Part shown: piece by piece, positions 50,781-60,582 of the stretch
How the letters are laid out: each line of letters starts with the position of its first letter
Position numbering within the stretch: position 1 is the stretch's first letter
Assembly (NCBI GenBank): GCA_965205505.1
Contig: CBDBHB010000009.1
Coordinates: 2,912,001-2,976,000, forward strand
Direction: 5' to 3'
Length of the DNA stretch: 64,000 nt
Origin: Acidobacteriota bacterium
GTDB lineage: Bacteria; Acidobacteriota; UBA890; WLXD01
Made by a program: the position numbers and the translations under genes
The notes under the pieces: model-generated
The model's database searches: none
Told to the model about the DNA's origin: nothing
The model's input: the letters and a program-made list of their open reading frames with translations, nothing else

Positions 50781-51893
50781 CTACCGGACCATTGCATCCG
50801 GAACAGCCCGCAGCATTCCGCGCTTCTCGTCCCTGTTCACCTGGACTCCATACGAGTACCTGAACTCCTCCGGTAGCAGCCCCAACGTGGCGGCCAACTG
50901 GTCCGTGGTCCAGTTCAGGTTGTCTATGTGCCATTCGACATACTGCCCCAGGAGGGTTGGCCACTCCCGCGGCGGGTCCAACTCTGGCGGCTCGCGGCGT
51001 CGATACCCGGCCTTACTGAGCCGCATCCAAAGCCGCTTCTCGGCTCGGGGCGTGATTCGGCGCAGCTCCTTGGCCCGGTACAGGAGTGCCGCCATTGACA
51101 CTCGCCAGTACTTCTTGAGCGTAGCGAGCTTCGCGAACGTCAGGTTGGACAACTGTGTCCGTATCTCCGTTTCAGGCATCAAGAACTCAGCGGCGAAACC
51201 ATCCGCTTGGCGCTCCATGTCCGCGTCTGGCACGGGGACGGTGTGCATCACAATGTGGGCAAGCTCATGCGCCAACGTGAGACGAGTTCGATCCGGGGGC
51301 ATGCGCGAGTTCAAGAAGAACAAAGGAGGGAGGTCCGGAAGCCAACGGCTTACAGCGTCGACCTTCCCGGTGCCGAAATCGAACTGCACGACTATGCCGC
51401 CAGCGTTCTCGATAATCGCGACGAAGTCCTCAACTGGGCCGGGTGGAACGTTCCAATGGGCGCGCAGCAGTTTCGCGATCTTCGCTGTATCGGCTCCGTA
51501 TTCGTCGGGGTCGAATACGGGAAACTTGTCAGTTTTCAGTTCAACGGTTGCCACAAGACGCCGAACGTGGATCAAGTACCGGTTGATAAGAGCATGTATC
51601 TGACGAATCACCCCAACCGGAGCAGACTGTCGTTTCCGATGAAAGAACTCACTAACCGATGGGCTGACCATCTTGTCCGTGAAGAAAAAGAAGCCCTTCG
51701 GATAACTGAGCGCGCCGCACAGCTCATCCAGCACACCATCCGAAACGGGAACGAAGCCCGCCTCGATCTTCGACAAATGACCCTGTGTGATGCTCAGGTG
51801 CTCGGAGGCTAGTCGGCTTTGGGAGAACCCCCGCGTTTCTCGAGCGAGGGTGACCATTGCTGGGTTGACCGTGTCACCAACCAGTTGTTTCAT
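50781..51893 (-). CDS. XRE HTH plus ImmA/IrrE zinc metallopeptidase
   Basis: LARETRGFSQ.RLA..SKIEAG HTH; R.RLTLAHELAH; ERQADGFAAEFLMP; WRVSMAA. Confidence 0.92.
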   Translation of the reverse strand: MKQLVGDTVNPAMVTLARETRGFSQSRLASEHLSITQGHLSKIEAGFVPVSDGVLDELCGALSYPKGFFFFTDKMVSPSVSEFFHRKRQSAPVGVIRQIHALINRYLIHVRRLVATVELKTDKFPVFDPDEYGADTAKIAKLLRAHWNVPPGPVEDFVAIIENAGGIVVQFDFGTGKVDAVSRWLPDLPPLFFLNSRMPPDRTRLTLAHELAHIVMHTVPVPDADMERQADGFAAEFLMPETEIRTQLSNLTFAKLATLKKYWRVSMAALLYRAKELRRITPRAEKRLWMRLSKAGYRRREPPELDPPREWPTLLGQYVEWHIDNLNWTTDQLAATLGLLPEEFRYSYGVQVNRDEKRGMLRAVPDAMVR

Positions 51894-51899
51894 GAACGA

Positions 51900-52604
51900 T
51901 CACTCCGCCTCGTCTTCTGATTTCTTGTTCTTCCGCTTCGACTCGCCCCGAGCCTCAAAGCGGCGTTCGTGATCGACTTGCTTGCGCGCCTGCTCGGCTT
52001 CGGCCCGCATTCTCGTTCGTGCGGCTGCGGCGAAGTCGATAACGGTTGTGCGTGCTTCTAGCGGCAGTTCCCAAGCGTTGTCCTTGCCGTTTGGGCACAC
52101 GACATGGAAGCTCGCCGCGAGCCATTCTCCCGGTTCCGCTGCATAACCGAACAGAAGGCTCGTCACCGGGATTCGCCCGGCTGAACTCGGTGGATAGTCT
52201 GGGAACGGGAGACCCGCTTGACGCTCTACCGCTACCGACCGTTGAAACAGAAACCCGCTCATTACGCGCGTCGGGATGTTGCTCGGTCGCATGTTCCCAT
52301 CGAAGCCCTTGATGCGCCCACTGTATTTCTTCTGGCCTCCCATTTGGAGGTCGACGTAAACGGTTCCATCTTGGTCCCGCACATCGATATCGTGATCGTC
52401 CTCGAACTCGGCCCGGATGAACGCAGCTGCATAGTCCCAGATCACCCCTCGTTGCGTTCGCACGCTAAGCTCCGGATCTGACCCATACTTTGCGTCGAAC
52501 TCACCGAGCGCTTGGGCAAGGCAATCAGCGATACGTCCTCCGACGTTCCCGCCCCCGATCTCGTCCAAGTCTTTCGCAACCGTCTCTTCTGATCTGATCG
52601 TCAT
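51900..52604 (-). CDS. Hypothetical protein, putative toxin partner of the XRE-ImmA gene
   Basis: ATG at 52604; 6-bp gap to the next gene; RIKGFD..SNIPT, LLFGY, VVCP..W motifs. Confidence 0.7.
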   Translation of the reverse strand: MTIRSEETVAKDLDEIGGGNVGGRIADCLAQALGEFDAKYGSDPELSVRTQRGVIWDYAAAFIRAEFEDDHDIDVRDQDGTVYVDLQMGGQKKYSGRIKGFDGNMRPSNIPTRVMSGFLFQRSVAVERQAGLPFPDYPPSSAGRIPVTSLLFGYAAEPGEWLAASFHVVCPNGKDNAWELPLEARTTVIDFAAAARTRMRAEAEQARKQVDHERRFEARGESKRKNKKSEDEAE

Positions 52605-52660
52605 GCGCTGCAAACTCCGATTTGCTCCTCCTGCCTGGATAGTCAAGCGCCCCACTTGCG

Positions 52661-52741
52661 ACGGTAGCGAAGCGGTGCGGCGTTTTCAAGGGTTCTATGC
52701 ATAATTTATGCATTGCATTAAGTATAAAGATACTGTAGACT
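52661..52741. promoter_or_regulatory. Divergent sigma70-like promoters around a perfect palindrome
   Basis: Minus strand TTGAAA-17-TACCGT; plus strand TTGCAT-17-TAGACT; ATGCATAA-T-TTATGCAT at 52697-52713. Confidence 0.6.
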
Positions 52742-52751
52742 CCTTTCTGTC

Positions 52752-53702
52752 ATGTCAAAACGAGCACCGAAGTCACCGATCCTGGCGGAGTTGAGACGGG
52801 CCACCATCGACGAAAAGGCGGCCGTCGAGTTCTTCGAGCGCCATCGCTGGGGCTCGGACACCGGTTGCCCCCGATGCGGCAGCACGAACGTCTATCAAAT
52901 GAGTGATCGCAAGACCGGCGTGCGGAACAAGGACTATCGCTGGCGCTGTCGTGACTGCAAGCGTATGTACACGGTCAGGACGGGCACGATCTTCGAGGAA
53001 ACCCGTCTGCTGCTTCGGCACTGGTGCTTCGCTTTCTGGAAGGCATGCGCCTCCAAGAAGGGCGTGAGTGCCCTACAGATCAGCCGGGAGTGCGAGATCA
53101 GCTACAAGTCGGCTTTGTTCTTGATGCACCGCATCCGCTACGCGATGGCCTACGGCCACATGCTGCCCCCGGCCCGCAAGCTGTCGGGCATCGTCGAGGT
53201 CGACGAAACCTACGTTGGTGGGAAGCCGCGCTACCCAGGCAAAGGGAAGCGGGGTCGCGGCACCGCCAAGACGCCGGTTCTTGGGATCGTCGAGCGCGGG
53301 GGTGACGTGCGCTTCGAGGTCATGGACCGCGTGACTGCCGCGACGCTAGAGCACGCAGTCGCAGAGCACGTCGACACGGATTCCCGACTGATCACCGACG
53401 AGCTGAACGCATACATCCGAGTCGGGCGTCATTATCGGAAGCATGACCGGATCAAGCACAAGGACCGCCAGTACGTTCGGGGCGACGTCCACACGAACAC
53501 CGTTGAGGGCACCTTCGCGCTACTCAAGCGGGGGATCTATGGGACGTACCATTCGGTCAGCAAGAAGCACCTGCACCGATATCTCGGTGAGTTCGCCTTC
53601 CGCTACAACCGCCGCGGGATCAACGACGATGAGCGCGTTGTGGCGGCAATCAAGCGGGCCGATGGAAAGCGCCTGCCTTTCCGCACGCTGGTAGATGGCT
53701 AG
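52752..53702 (+). CDS. IS1595-family (ISXO2-like) DDE transposase
   Basis: Zn ribbon CPRC..CRDC, VEVDETYVGG, LITDE, HTNTVE, HLHRYL.EF.FRYN. Confidence 0.95.
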   Translation: MSKRAPKSPILAELRRATIDEKAAVEFFERHRWGSDTGCPRCGSTNVYQMSDRKTGVRNKDYRWRCRDCKRMYTVRTGTIFEETRLLLRHWCFAFWKACASKKGVSALQISRECEISYKSALFLMHRIRYAMAYGHMLPPARKLSGIVEVDETYVGGKPRYPGKGKRGRGTAKTPVLGIVERGGDVRFEVMDRVTAATLEHAVAEHVDTDSRLITDELNAYIRVGRHYRKHDRIKHKDRQYVRGDVHTNTVEGTFALLKRGIYGTYHSVSKKHLHRYLGEFAFRYNRRGINDDERVVAAIKRADGKRLPFRTLVDG

Positions 53703-53954
53703 CGGTTACCGAGCCGGTGTTACGCTGACATTGGGTGAGAGCCAGGTGCTAGCCTAGGTCCGTCAGACGGGCAGTGAGATATACGGGAGAAGGGGGTCGT
53801 CCAATGCGGACGACCCCCTTCTCTTGTCTTCTAGCGTCGCGTTCGGCAGAAGTTGCAACAGGTACACACTGTCGATTAAATTTGGCCAGACGCGTGACCC
53901 TCCCCCGTTCGATTGCTCGCACATCTTCCTGAAATACCCGGACGCTCCCGGCGG

Positions 53955-54700
53955 CTCCTGGCCGGGTGGCGAGCTGTCCGCGAGCGTAGCGTGCCAGCAT
54001 GGTGGGCGAGAGCCAGCGTCCTGCCTGCTGCATTTCAACCAGCGAAGCGCCAGCGGCGGCGGGGTCCTGTACCGCTCCGATGCGCAGCGAGTGCCCGGAC
54101 ACCCGGCCTTGGACGCCGGCTTCGGCGCAGCGCCGGGCGATGATGGCGCGCAACGCCGTGGCCGAGATCGGCTCGGAGCCTGCACGCCGCCCACCCTTGT
54201 GCAGCCGCACGAACACCGTCGGCTCGCCGATGTAAAGCGCGGCTCCGGCCGCCTCTTGATCCGTCTTGGAGCGGCGCAGGGTGATCGTATGCCCGCCGTC
54301 GGCCTCGATGTCGCCCCAGCGCAGCGTGGCGAGTTCCGAGACGGCAAAGCATCGCCGCCGAGCCGACCGCCACGATGGCCCTGTCGAGCAATCCGTGGGT
54401 GCTCTTGGAGCCATTAGCGGCGACAGCGGCCGCAGCGTCGGCCTGGCCCCATCGCACGCCGGTGGCCGCGCCCGCGCGAGCGTTCGGCGCCGACGTGCCG
54501 GAACCCGTCTAGCACCCGTGCCGTGGCCTCGCCCACGGGCGAGAGTTCTCCACTGAAGCGGTACTGTGCCCGCACGGTCACAACAATCATTGAGGCCGGC
54601 GCCGGCGAGCGTCCGGCTTCGAACAGCGAGCCCAAATACACGGCGAGGGAAGAGTCGGTGAGCTCGGGTGGCGTCGCCAGCGGACATTTGGCATCGCGCG
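53955..54700 (-). pseudogene. Tyrosine recombinase (Cre-like) relic with multiple frameshifts
   Basis: Fragments in different frames: LLDRAI, SELATL, RRSKTDQE, SGHSLRIG, QAGRWLSPTM..RY. Limits approximate. Confidence 0.8.
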
Positions 54701-55023
54701 AGCGCTCAAAGAACGCTCCGGCATCTGCGCATTGCCGTGAATCTGGCCGAGTGGTGGCGGATCAAAGGCTTGCCGCCGCGAGCAGGTCGCCCAGCCTGGG
54801 CTCCGAGAGCGGCAACACCACGAAACCTCGTGCAGCTTGGGTGGCGGACCTACTGTCGCACACGGTTGCTGCGTATCGAGGAATGATTGGGCAGATGCGC
54901 GGCAACCGCCGTGGCGCTGTCGACCGCGTCCGGGATGTGGATCTCCGCGCGCAGGTGGCTGAGGGCCTCGACAGCCCGCCGCTCCGGGCCGAGGCCCAGA
55001 TCCTGACCTAACGCGCGGGCAGG

Positions 55024-58000
55024 CTACCTAAAAATCCCGCCTAGTCCGTAGCTCAGCCGCCGCGCGCCCTCGCTCCCCGCATGGACAAACGTATCAAGAA
55101 CTTCGATCAGACGTTGCCGAGCCTCCTCGTCCGTCTGAAAGAGCGCACGGTAGTCAGCCAAGTAGCGATCGACGATTCGCACTATCACCTCCTCCGCCAT
55201 CTGGTCGTACTGATAGCCTCCCATCCGTCCCCCGCGGACAACGCGCGCAACTCTCGAAAACACCCGACGGGGATCGACAGGGACAAGAACCTCGAGCGCT
55301 TGCAATAGGTTGTGGCTAAGCGGCGGAAGCCCGACGCCCGCCAACTCGTCGATAATCTCCCCCGACTCGGCGTGCAAGCGCCGGAGCACCTGCTCGCCGG
55401 GCGATTCGTCGCCATCCTGCGCGCCCGAAGCAAAGCAGATGTTCCAACTCACGCACTCTAGCAGACGCGCAAGGTCCTGCATCTGTTCTTCGCTGGGCCC
55501 ATCCTCTGCGACATCATGGGTATCCTCTTCGCGTTCCATCCCACGACGGAACTCAGCCGCCGCTCCCCTCGTAACTCGCAGGAGGAAGCTCCAACTTCGC
55601 CCGCGGGCAGCGTCGGTCTCAGGATCTCGAGGATCAACCGCACCACTCACCAGAATCTCGCGGAATCCCTGCACCAAGTGAGTGACGTCCTCAAGATGAG
55701 CGACAGGATTATCAGCAAGCCCGTCGATCACCGCTGAAGCGGCTTCATCCCTGCCCCAGATGAAAAGGTCAGCGAGAATATTGCCGCATGAATTTGCCAG
55801 CTCGCGTGCATCTGCCACAGCCTCCTGAATACCTATCGTGATCCTGGCGACCCGCGCCGGCTCTTCGAACTTCAGAGAGCTGAGCGGACCTTTCACCAAC
55901 CCCCGCAGCACCCCTGGACTACGATCGCGGGCCATCCGTTCGATCATCCTCCACGTCCAATCCGAGTCGTGGGGATACCGAACCAGTAACCGGGAAGCAA
56001 TCTGCCATCGGACGCACGGCGCGGGATCGACGACCAGCCGCTCCACGGCGGCAAGAACGTCCGGATCCTCGCAGGAAGGATGCTGGAGGATCGTCATTAG
56101 ACCTGCGGCAGCATCTATGCGGGCTGCCGGCTTCCCCCACGAAGCTTCCAAGAAGCGCTCGTCTGCGTCGCTGTCGAAGGCCGGCACTCGGTTCCCACTT
56201 GCCTCGAGCAGCACGGTCCGCACGAATGCGCCTGCCTCTTCGTGGCAAAGAAGGCCCTCTGTTTTCGCAATCGCAGCGCTCGCCTCAGCCAAAATCCCCC
56301 AAGCGTAATCGGCCTGCTTCTCGTGAACGCCGTCAGCTTCGGAGGATCGCAGTGTTGTGTACAGACGCCTCATGTGCGGGATCACCTCGGCTAGTTCCTC
56401 GGATTCGGGAACCTCGTTGAGGTGAACCTTCGCAAACTTCTTAACCGGCACTTCCAGCTCCCGAAGGCGCTTGTTCGGCTCCTCCTCTACCGGCACTCCT
56501 TCATCGGCGAGGAACTCAACCTCACCAGCCTCTCGGCTGTACAACGGGAACGTGGCAACCTCCTCGCTTAGCGGAACCGTGCCCGCAGCACGCAGCGCAG
56601 ACAGATGCTCCCGGGACTCCGAGGTCACGAGCCCGTCCTCAGGAAGACATCCGAGCAGTCGATCGCGTGCCCGCTCCGCCCAACTTTGGCATTCTCGCGG
56701 CATTACCACTGGAATGGAAAGAATGGCGCGTTCGATCCTCTCTCGGTCAGCCTCGGACAGATCGACAAAAAGAGCGCCGTTCATTCTTCCGACATCCTCT
56801 ATCGTGTCAGGACACATCAAGACGGGGAGCGACCACCCGAGCGCCCGAATCTTCATGCCTATCTGGTCTGGATAGCGAGTTCCCAGACGGAGAAGCCGTC
56901 GCCAAACAGCCGCCAGCTGACATGTCCGAACGAGGATGTCCAGCAGGTTGGCCAGCTCCGCCGTGCCTCCCTGGCCGCCGGCGAGGTCCTCCAACCGCCG
57001 CTGCACTTGATCCAACAACTTGACTGCATGCTCGTCGCGATGGCCTTGACCTCGATCCCAGATGGAGCTGTGATCCGTTAGGAGAACAGCCCGTACCCTA
57101 TCAAGGTCGAATTCGGCAGGCTCTTCGTCAGGCGGCGAGTATTCGTGGGCGACGTGCCATTGGAGAGCGGCATGCATAGCCTCAACCGCTTCTTGTGGCG
57201 CTGCACGCAGGAACTCTGGAAATGATTGGACCAGTTGGTAGAGTCCACCGCGATAGTCTTGGCGGCGATTCGATATCAGCGCGACGACTTTCCCTCCCAC
57301 GGGAACTGGCGCCTCGGACGTTTCCCGGTATCCGAAGGCGGCTCGGTAGATATCTCTGACCAAAGCCGGGGCGTGGGGTGTGATCGAGGTCACCGCGTCT
57401 GCAATCCAGCGCAGCTCCTCGCTTCCGTGCTGTGCGAGGTGGTCGGGTTGGATCGCACGCCGCAGAAGCTCAGAAGATGCTCCGACATCGGTCCCGAACG
57501 TGTGGCCGACAAACTGTATGGCCCTCACCACAAGCCATCGATCTCTCTGGCTCCGAGCCCACGCAAAAGCAAGGAGACGCCGACTGGCCGTGCCCACTTG
57601 CTCAGCCTGCGCAACGGAGAGTTGATCGAGCCTTGCCACGAGATTCGATAGGATCGAGCATGTTGGATAGGCGGTCCCGATCGTGAAGCTGCCGCTAAGC
57701 TGCTCCGCTAGATCACAACACAACCCGGCAGCCTCAGGCTGGGAACCACGCTCCGCAAGGAGAGCGCGAACACAGTGCGCCAGTGCATTCTCTGCCGACT
57801 CGCGAACAGGGTCATCCGCGCCCGCAAGCGCCGTCAGGAGCGGCACGAACTCCTGAACAGCCAACCCACTCTCTGCGGCCACGCCGGATCCAATCAGCTT
57901 GCCGATCTCAGGAATCCCGGGTGAGCCGCACACGGCAAGAGCTGTCTTCCAGAACTCCTTCCGTGCCTGCTGTGGTGGGTCAAGCGTCCAGAGATAATGG

Positions 58001-59985
58001 AAGTGCATTACAAGACTCGGTCTCCCCAGCAAGACAAAAGCGCGGTCCTCTGCGAGAAACGCTACCAAGCGACTGGCGCTGCACCGAAGCAGCAGCCGAG
58101 CGACGGCATAGTCGAACAGAACATGATGCGCGAAAGCGAGTGTAGAGCTTCGCGGTGGGTCTTCTGGTCGCGGGCTCCACTCAATGATCACCTGCTCCGA
58201 TAGGAGATCGTAGATGTGTGGTCCTGCCGAGACTTCCGTCTCCACAAGGTCCCGATCCGCGTGCAGGACTCGCTCGCGGGTCATGGTCTTCACTGCCCCC
58301 CGAAGAACAACCTCCCGAGATGGAGCGTCGCGCGCGCTGCCACCTCCGAGAACGCGTTCCTGCCAGTAGAGGTCGAGTAGATCCAGTTGGCTCCTTACAT
58401 CCCGAATCGCCTGCGGATCGGTGCCTTTATCCAGTAACTCCGCGGCAAGCCTAAGATTGAAAGGGTTGTGTAGGAGTTCGGCGACCGCTGTCGAAGCTGA
58501 CTCGAGGAGTCGAGCCAGTTTTGGAGCGCCACGGTCGCCGATCTGTTGCAGCTCGTCATCCGTCAGCCGCCCGACGACGATATGGCGCATTCCGGCAAAT
58601 GACTCCCCAGCAAGGGGAGGCTCAGGACCGTCGAGCGGAGTGCCCTTGAAAATAGTGGCCAGATCCCCGCTGTAGCGAGCATCGTGCTCACGGATCGACG
58701 CGACGACATTCCACCGGGTCCCTCGTTCACCGACTTCTCGGATCAGAGTCCTGAGGGCTGCAGCCGATCGTTCGGTCCGAGCTGCGTCCAGTGCATCGAT
58801 AAGCAGGAAAGAGGGGCGTGCCCCTGGCCAATTCGCGAGAATGTCCACGACGTCGTGGTCGAGTCGCAGCTCGTCTCGCAATCCTCCCATGCTCTCAAAT
58901 GGCGGTTGCTCGGCCGCCAGCACGATTACTTCACGTCCCTCCTTTCGCAGCGCCTCGCAAAGCGAGTGGAGTGCACTCGATTTTCCCGCCCCAGGTTCGC
59001 CAACAACAAGAATGGGCCCAGTTTCAGCAGCCTCCTTGAGGAGAGAGACGTAGGGCCGCTGGATCCGCAAATCAGCGCACCCCAGTCGAATGGACGCATG
59101 TTCTGCCAGGCGGCTAGTGACCCGATCGCTGTGATTCTTCAGGCGCCGAATGTCTTCCCGATAGCTCCGCGGGGCGCGTACCCTCACGTCGGCGGAGTTC
59201 AACACTTCAAGCAACGTGGCCCGATCCGCGTGACCTTGTGTTCGGATCAGGCGCAGACCTTCGGTGATCAACACCGACCATGCCACGGCGGCCTGATCGG
59301 GGGTTTCGAGCACACTCGCCCGGAGGATGCTCTTTGCCGCTTGTTCGTCTCTCTCGCCCTCGCCCACTTCGATTGTCTCGACGTGAAGGAGGTTCAGGAG
59401 CTTGCGGACATCGTGGTCACTAGGGCGGGACCGGGTTGTCGCGCTCCAGGACGCCCGGATGTGGTGAGCAACAACGTCCAGGGCTCTTCGCCGCTTGCCG
59501 AGCCCGTCACTGGGCAGCTCGTGGCCTGGGTGGTCGCGTACGCGCCCCAACGCCTCGCGGAGAGTCACACGAATGGTCGCGGGAGCGTCGACACCTACCG
59601 CCAAAACGAGGCGATCATGCGCGGCATCCAAAGGGTCCTCACCGCCCCCCGGTGCCGTTCTCCCTTGCAGGAACTGCCGAACGAATTGGTCCACGGCCGA
59701 GGCAAACGGCGCGAGTTTCCCGGCGCGATGCCCAGCGCAGGAAAGGGAAACGGTCCGTTTCACCTGTACATACGCGGTATGCCGGGTGCGCGTCGTGACG
59801 ATCAGGTCATCGACTGGTTCGGGACTTTCGCAGGCGATTTGAGCTACAGGCGCCGTCAACCGGAATGGCGGTTCCGCATCCTCCTCCGCAAGCAGGTGCA
59901 CAGCTACCCAGGCACTGACTCGCGCCTGGTAGTCCGCCCCGCCCCCCATCGCGGCTCCCCCCACGCTCGGGCGCCTACCCACCAC
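55024..59985 (-). CDS. PD-(D/E)xK-like nuclease plus STAND NTPase plus long C-terminal region (Avs-like defence protein)
   Basis: G.DYQ...E...VDDL...QVK; GEPGAGKS; LLIDALD; NPFNL; ~1000-aa helical-looking tail. Confidence 0.8.
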   Translation of the reverse strand: MVGRRPSVGGAAMGGGADYQARVSAWVAVHLLAEEDAEPPFRLTAPVAQIACESPEPVDDLIVTTRTRHTAYVQVKRTVSLSCAGHRAGKLAPFASAVDQFVRQFLQGRTAPGGGEDPLDAAHDRLVLAVGVDAPATIRVTLREALGRVRDHPGHELPSDGLGKRRRALDVVAHHIRASWSATTRSRPSDHDVRKLLNLLHVETIEVGEGERDEQAAKSILRASVLETPDQAAVAWSVLITEGLRLIRTQGHADRATLLEVLNSADVRVRAPRSYREDIRRLKNHSDRVTSRLAEHASIRLGCADLRIQRPYVSLLKEAAETGPILVVGEPGAGKSSALHSLCEALRKEGREVIVLAAEQPPFESMGGLRDELRLDHDVVDILANWPGARPSFLLIDALDAARTERSAAALRTLIREVGERGTRWNVVASIREHDARYSGDLATIFKGTPLDGPEPPLAGESFAGMRHIVVGRLTDDELQQIGDRGAPKLARLLESASTAVAELLHNPFNLRLAAELLDKGTDPQAIRDVRSQLDLLDLYWQERVLGGGSARDAPSREVVLRGAVKTMTRERVLHADRDLVETEVSAGPHIYDLLSEQVIIEWSPRPEDPPRSSTLAFAHHVLFDYAVARLLLRCSASRLVAFLAEDRAFVLLGRPSLVMHFHYLWTLDPPQQARKEFWKTALAVCGSPGIPEIGKLIGSGVAAESGLAVQEFVPLLTALAGADDPVRESAENALAHCVRALLAERGSQPEAAGLCCDLAEQLSGSFTIGTAYPTCSILSNLVARLDQLSVAQAEQVGTASRRLLAFAWARSQRDRWLVVRAIQFVGHTFGTDVGASSELLRRAIQPDHLAQHGSEELRWIADAVTSITPHAPALVRDIYRAAFGYRETSEAPVPVGGKVVALISNRRQDYRGGLYQLVQSFPEFLRAAPQEAVEAMHAALQWHVAHEYSPPDEEPAEFDLDRVRAVLLTDHSSIWDRGQGHRDEHAVKLLDQVQRRLEDLAGGQGGTAELANLLDILVRTCQLAAVWRRLLRLGTRYPDQIGMKIRALGWSLPVLMCPDTIEDVGRMNGALFVDLSEADRERIERAILSIPVVMPRECQSWAERARDRLLGCLPEDGLVTSESREHLSALRAAGTVPLSEEVATFPLYSREAGEVEFLADEGVPVEEEPNKRLRELEVPVKKFAKVHLNEVPESEELAEVIPHMRRLYTTLRSSEADGVHEKQADYAWGILAEASAAIAKTEGLLCHEEAGAFVRTVLLEASGNRVPAFDSDADERFLEASWGKPAARIDAAAGLMTILQHPSCEDPDVLAAVERLVVDPAPCVRWQIASRLLVRYPHDSDWTWRMIERMARDRSPGVLRGLVKGPLSSLKFEEPARVARITIGIQEAVADARELANSCGNILADLFIWGRDEAASAVIDGLADNPVAHLEDVTHLVQGFREILVSGAVDPRDPETDAARGRSWSFLLRVTRGAAAEFRRGMEREEDTHDVAEDGPSEEQMQDLARLLECVSWNICFASGAQDGDESPGEQVLRRLHAESGEIIDELAGVGLPPLSHNLLQALEVLVPVDPRRVFSRVARVVRGGRMGGYQYDQMAEEVIVRIVDRYLADYRALFQTDEEARQRLIEVLDTFVHAGSEGARRLSYGLGGIFR

Positions 59986-60582
59986 TACTTTGAACCTTCA
60001 TGAGGCCCCGCACCGTCCCCCCGGCCCTCCACCGCGGATCGGCGATGGCAGCGTCAGGCGCGCGTCCCAGTAGCACGTTGCCGCGAGCATTGTCGGGCAG
60101 TGCCTCGATGTCCGCACGCACCTCCTCAACGAGCCATGATCCCTTTCCGGGTATTCGACGAGAGCGTGAGCCCGTCCGAGCCAGACGGACGACGCAATTT
60201 CCCGTAGACGCTGGCCGTGAAAGACCTGGTTCAGGTCGGTCGCTCCCGGTTCCATACAGAGCCCTTTCCATGATGCGTTCGATCTGGGTCCTCGAACGCT
60301 GCCGCGAGTGAAGCAAGCCCTAGATCGAATAGCTGGACGATATCGAGCCTTGGTCGGTGCAAGCCCCGCCGCAAGCTGGGCACTCCCGGCCTCGAACAAA
60401 CTCGGCTGGCAAGCCCCTCCGCACACGCAGCCAAGCTGTTTGACCCTGCCCCACTTTTCCGGACACTTAGTTAAGATCCATTGTCGTAGTGGTAGTAGCG
60501 GCTGTGGGAGCTGTTGGCAACGCGAAGCGTTGTCCGAGCGACGGTGGAAATCGGGAATCGATTTCCACGGGCGCATCAGCTT

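Larger units (their letters stand above)
50341..53874. mobile_element. IS1595-family element with passenger genes (ISNha5-like), 3534 bp
   Basis: IRs 50341-50362 and 53853-53874 (20/22). 8-bp TSD ATTAAATT at 50333-50340 and 53875-53882. Confidence 0.92.

Noticed and set aside
58684-60003. Long plus-strand ORFs (439 aa here; also 5452-6507, 18698-19738, 27361-28503, 35853-36920)
   Set aside because: Antisense shadows of well-supported genes, expected in high-GC DNA
59990-60440. Small partner gene upstream of the STAND protein
   Set aside because: Short ORFs in conflicting frames with no motif; at most an IS3-truncated remnant
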